Part shown: positions 5,616-6,834 of the stretch, piece by piece
Layout: each line of letters opens with the position of its first letter
How positions within the stretch are numbered: position 1 is the stretch's first letter
DNA from: Vibrio phage VSKK
DNA length: 6,834 bases
Reading direction: 5' to 3' (one strand)
Sequence record: NC_003311.2
Made by a program: the position numbers and the translations under genes
The notes under the pieces: generated by a model
What the model was told of the DNA's origin: nothing
What the model saw: the letters and a program-made list of their open reading frames with translations, nothing else
Databases searched by the model: none

Positions 5616-5928
5616 ATGGATTGGGTAATTGATTATTTAATAAGCTTATTGAGTTTCTTTACCGCCTATTAATTACGCTTATTGATATGCTAAGGATGTT
5701 TTCTTGTTTCTTATTGATGGCGTTCTTTCTGCTGTAAACCTTTTATTAGAGTTTGCATTATCACTAATAGAACCAATGGATGTTTCCTCTTATTTAACCG
5801 GAATTCCTTCCGGTGCTGCTTGGGTTATTAGCGCTATTGGCATACCTCAATGTTTGGGTATGATTATGTCAGCAATCATTGTTCGTATCTTATTACAACT
5901 TGTTCCATTTACTCGTTTAGGTTCTTAA
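5616..5928 (+). pseudogene. pVI-like small membrane protein gene, split over three frames; 104 aa if two 1-nt differences are corrected
   Basis: ATG at 5616 overlaps the end of the pIII frame (ATGGATTGGGTAA) and has a G-rich SD. Frame 0 gives MDWVIDYLISLLSFFTAY* (stop 5670-5672). Frame 2 gives ITLIDML. Frame 1 gives KDVFLFLIDG... to TAA 5926-5928. Adding one T at 5669-5670 and one A at 5692-5693 yields one continuous hydrophobic 104-aa protein. Confidence 0.6.
5704..5928 (+). CDS. Intact 3' portion of the pVI-like membrane protein (74 codons from a TTG, as the sequence stands)
   Basis: Hydrophobic multi-helix sequence FLIDGVLSAVNLLLEFALSLIEPMDVSSYLTGIPSGAAWVISAIGIPQCLGMIMSAIIVRILLQLVPFTRLGS. 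The stop lies 2 nt before the Zot-like ATG. No ATG or SD at 5704. Confidence 0.6.
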   Translation: MFLIDGVLSAVNLLLEFALSLIEPMDVSSYLTGIPSGAAWVISAIGIPQCLGMIMSAIIVRILLQLVPFTRLGS

Positions 5929-5930
5929 CT

Positions 5931-6834
5931 ATGATTTATGCAATTGTTGGTCGTCCTCGCTCTGGTAAGTCATACGAGTCTGTTGTTTACCATATTATCC
6001 CTGCTATCCAATCTGGCAGAAAGGTTATTACTAACATCCCCCTTAATATTCCCATGTTTGAAAAAGTATTTGGCGAAAGTGCAAAATATTTGATTAAGGT
6101 TATTGATGCTCAATTTACAGAGTATGGCTCTATGAATCGTCCCTTCTCTAAAGTTGAGCATTATCTCGATGATTGGCGAGACGGCAAGAATAGAGCCCCT
6201 CTCTACGTCATTGATGAGGCTCACATGGTTATTCCTACACGCCTTGGCGACCCTAAAATACTTGAATTCTATTCAATGCACGGTCACTACGGCATTGATA
6301 TTATTATTCTCACTCAAAATCTAAGAAAGATTCATGCTGATATTAGAGCAATGATTGAGATGACTTATTACTGTGCTAAAAATACCGCATTCGGCAGTAA
6401 AAAGACTTATACAAAAAAGGTTCGCATCGGTGATACCAGAGAAGATATAAACATCGAGCAACGCACCTATAAAGAACACTATTTCGGTTTTTATCAATCT
6501 CACACTCAAAGCTCTGGTGCTGTTGATGAAGCTCAAGCTTTTGATATTACTCCTATCTGGAAGCGTTGGCCTTTTTGGGGTTCCTTGATTTGCTTCATTA
6601 TTGTTATTCTTATTCTTGGTTATTACTTTCAATCTCGAAAGTCAAAAACTATAGATGCACAGCCTTTACCTTCTGAACAAGTTGAACAAGTTCCCTTGTC
6701 TGTTCCTCCGCAATCTCCTAGCTCTAAACCTCAACAAACGATAAAAACCGTTCCTGTTTCTGAACCATTAAAAGACTTTAATTTATATGTTTCTGGTCAT
6801 GCAAAACAAATAGCTTATAAAAAGATGTCATTCT
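5931..6834 (+). CDS. zot: Zot/pI-like assembly ATPase, N-terminal 301 codons; open to the window end and continuing at 1..251
   Basis: Hand translation shows no stop from 5931 to 6834. Walker A GRPRSGKS (5949..5972). Walker B LYVIDEAH (6201..6224). Transmembrane segment WPFWGSLICFIIVILILGYYF (about 6567..6629), followed by a Pro/Ser/Gln-rich segment. This layout is typical of the Zot/gpI family. Confidence 0.9.
   Translation, partial: MIYAIVGRPRSGKSYESVVYHIIPAIQSGRKVITNIPLNIPMFEKVFGESAKYLIKVIDAQFTEYGSMNRPFSKVEHYLDDWRDGKNRAPLYVIDEAHMVIPTRLGDPKILEFYSMHGHYGIDIIILTQNLRKIHADIRAMIEMTYYCAKNTAFGSKKTYTKKVRIGDTREDINIEQRTYKEHYFGFYQSHTQSSGAVDEAQAFDITPIWKRWPFWGSLICFIIVILILGYYFQSRKSKTIDAQPLPSEQVEQVPLSVPPQSPSSKPQQTIKTVPVSEPLKDFNLYVSGHAKQIAYKKMSF

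Larger units (their letters stand above)
4136..5628 (+). pseudogene. pIII-like adsorption/minor coat protein gene, split over five frame segments; about 492-496 aa if four 1-nt homopolymer differences are corrected
   Basis: In-frame ATGs at 4136, 4142 and 4148 with signal peptide MRKLFIISLVISLYFTALPAFA/AYQ. Protein-like reading moves between frames at T4 4246-4249, TT 4341-4342, G5 4412-4416 and GGGAAA 4496-5501 region (5496-5501). The last segment (5501..5628) supplies a C-terminal hydrophobic anchor VRVSMMVSTAFLCRKIIFGGG (5548..5610). Layout is a Cys-rich N-domain, a Pro-rich linker, a coiled-coil-like region and the anchor. Confidence 0.7.
1..6834 (+). mobile_element. Complete or near-complete filamentous phage (inovirus) genome, circularly permuted; module order is repressor / Rep / ssDNA-binding protein / coat / pIII / pVI / Zot
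   Basis: Canonical inovirus gene order with tightly packed genes, mostly on one strand. Contains a Rep_trans-type initiator, a 44-aa coat protein and a Zot-like P-loop protein. The ORF fragments at the two window ends are in phase with each other. ORF sizes of 44, 29, 104 (repaired) and 384 aa match my memory of VGJphi ORF names; not verified. Confidence 0.85.

Noticed and set aside
5970-6632. Minus-strand ORFs 5970..6224 and 6321..6632 inside zot
   Set aside because: They are antisense shadows within a P-loop ATPase gene that carries clear Walker motifs. Their products are Asn/Ile-rich and low in complexity.
1-6834. tRNA, rRNA, CRISPR arrays, transposase/IS ends, defence or toxin-antitoxin modules
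   Set aside because: I saw no cloverleaf-like or rRNA-like segments and no regularly spaced repeat-spacer array. I saw no terminal inverted repeats flanking a transposase. No coding capacity is left over for such systems once the phage core genes are placed.

Overview
The window reads as a complete, circularly permuted genome of a small filamentous phage (Inoviridae). Its organisation matches what I recall of the Vibrio cholerae fs1/VSK/VGJphi group. That assignment is from memory and unverified.

Gene order:
- Minus strand: an HTH repressor (1189..1530).
- Divergent control region with three ATCCCCA repeats.
- Plus strand: two small ORFs, an RstA-like rolling-circle Rep (2167..3270), a putative ssDNA-binding protein (3275..3604), an 80-aa membrane protein, a 44-aa leaderless major coat protein (3875..4009) and a 29-aa hydrophobic ORF.
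- Then a pIII-like adsorption protein, a pVI-like protein and a Zot/pI-like assembly ATPase.

The Zot-like gene starts at 5931 and runs off the 3' end. It continues in phase into the orphan reading frame at 1..251, giving a 384-aa protein if the sequence is circular.

A 29-nt site at 1107..1135 (minus strand) closely resembles V. cholerae dif1, consistent with a XerCD-dependent attP. A 52-55 nt imperfect direct repeat lies next to it.

The pIII-like and pVI-like genes are each split over several frames. Six single-base changes in short homopolymer runs would restore continuous, protein-like reading frames. This points to indel errors in the record or to recent gene decay.

I see no tRNA, rRNA, CRISPR array, toxin cargo, secretin or recognisable defence system. 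I cannot support a claim of a novel system. The least explained stretch is 252..1100, which contains a GC-rich structured non-coding block and a possible frameshifted minus-strand gene.
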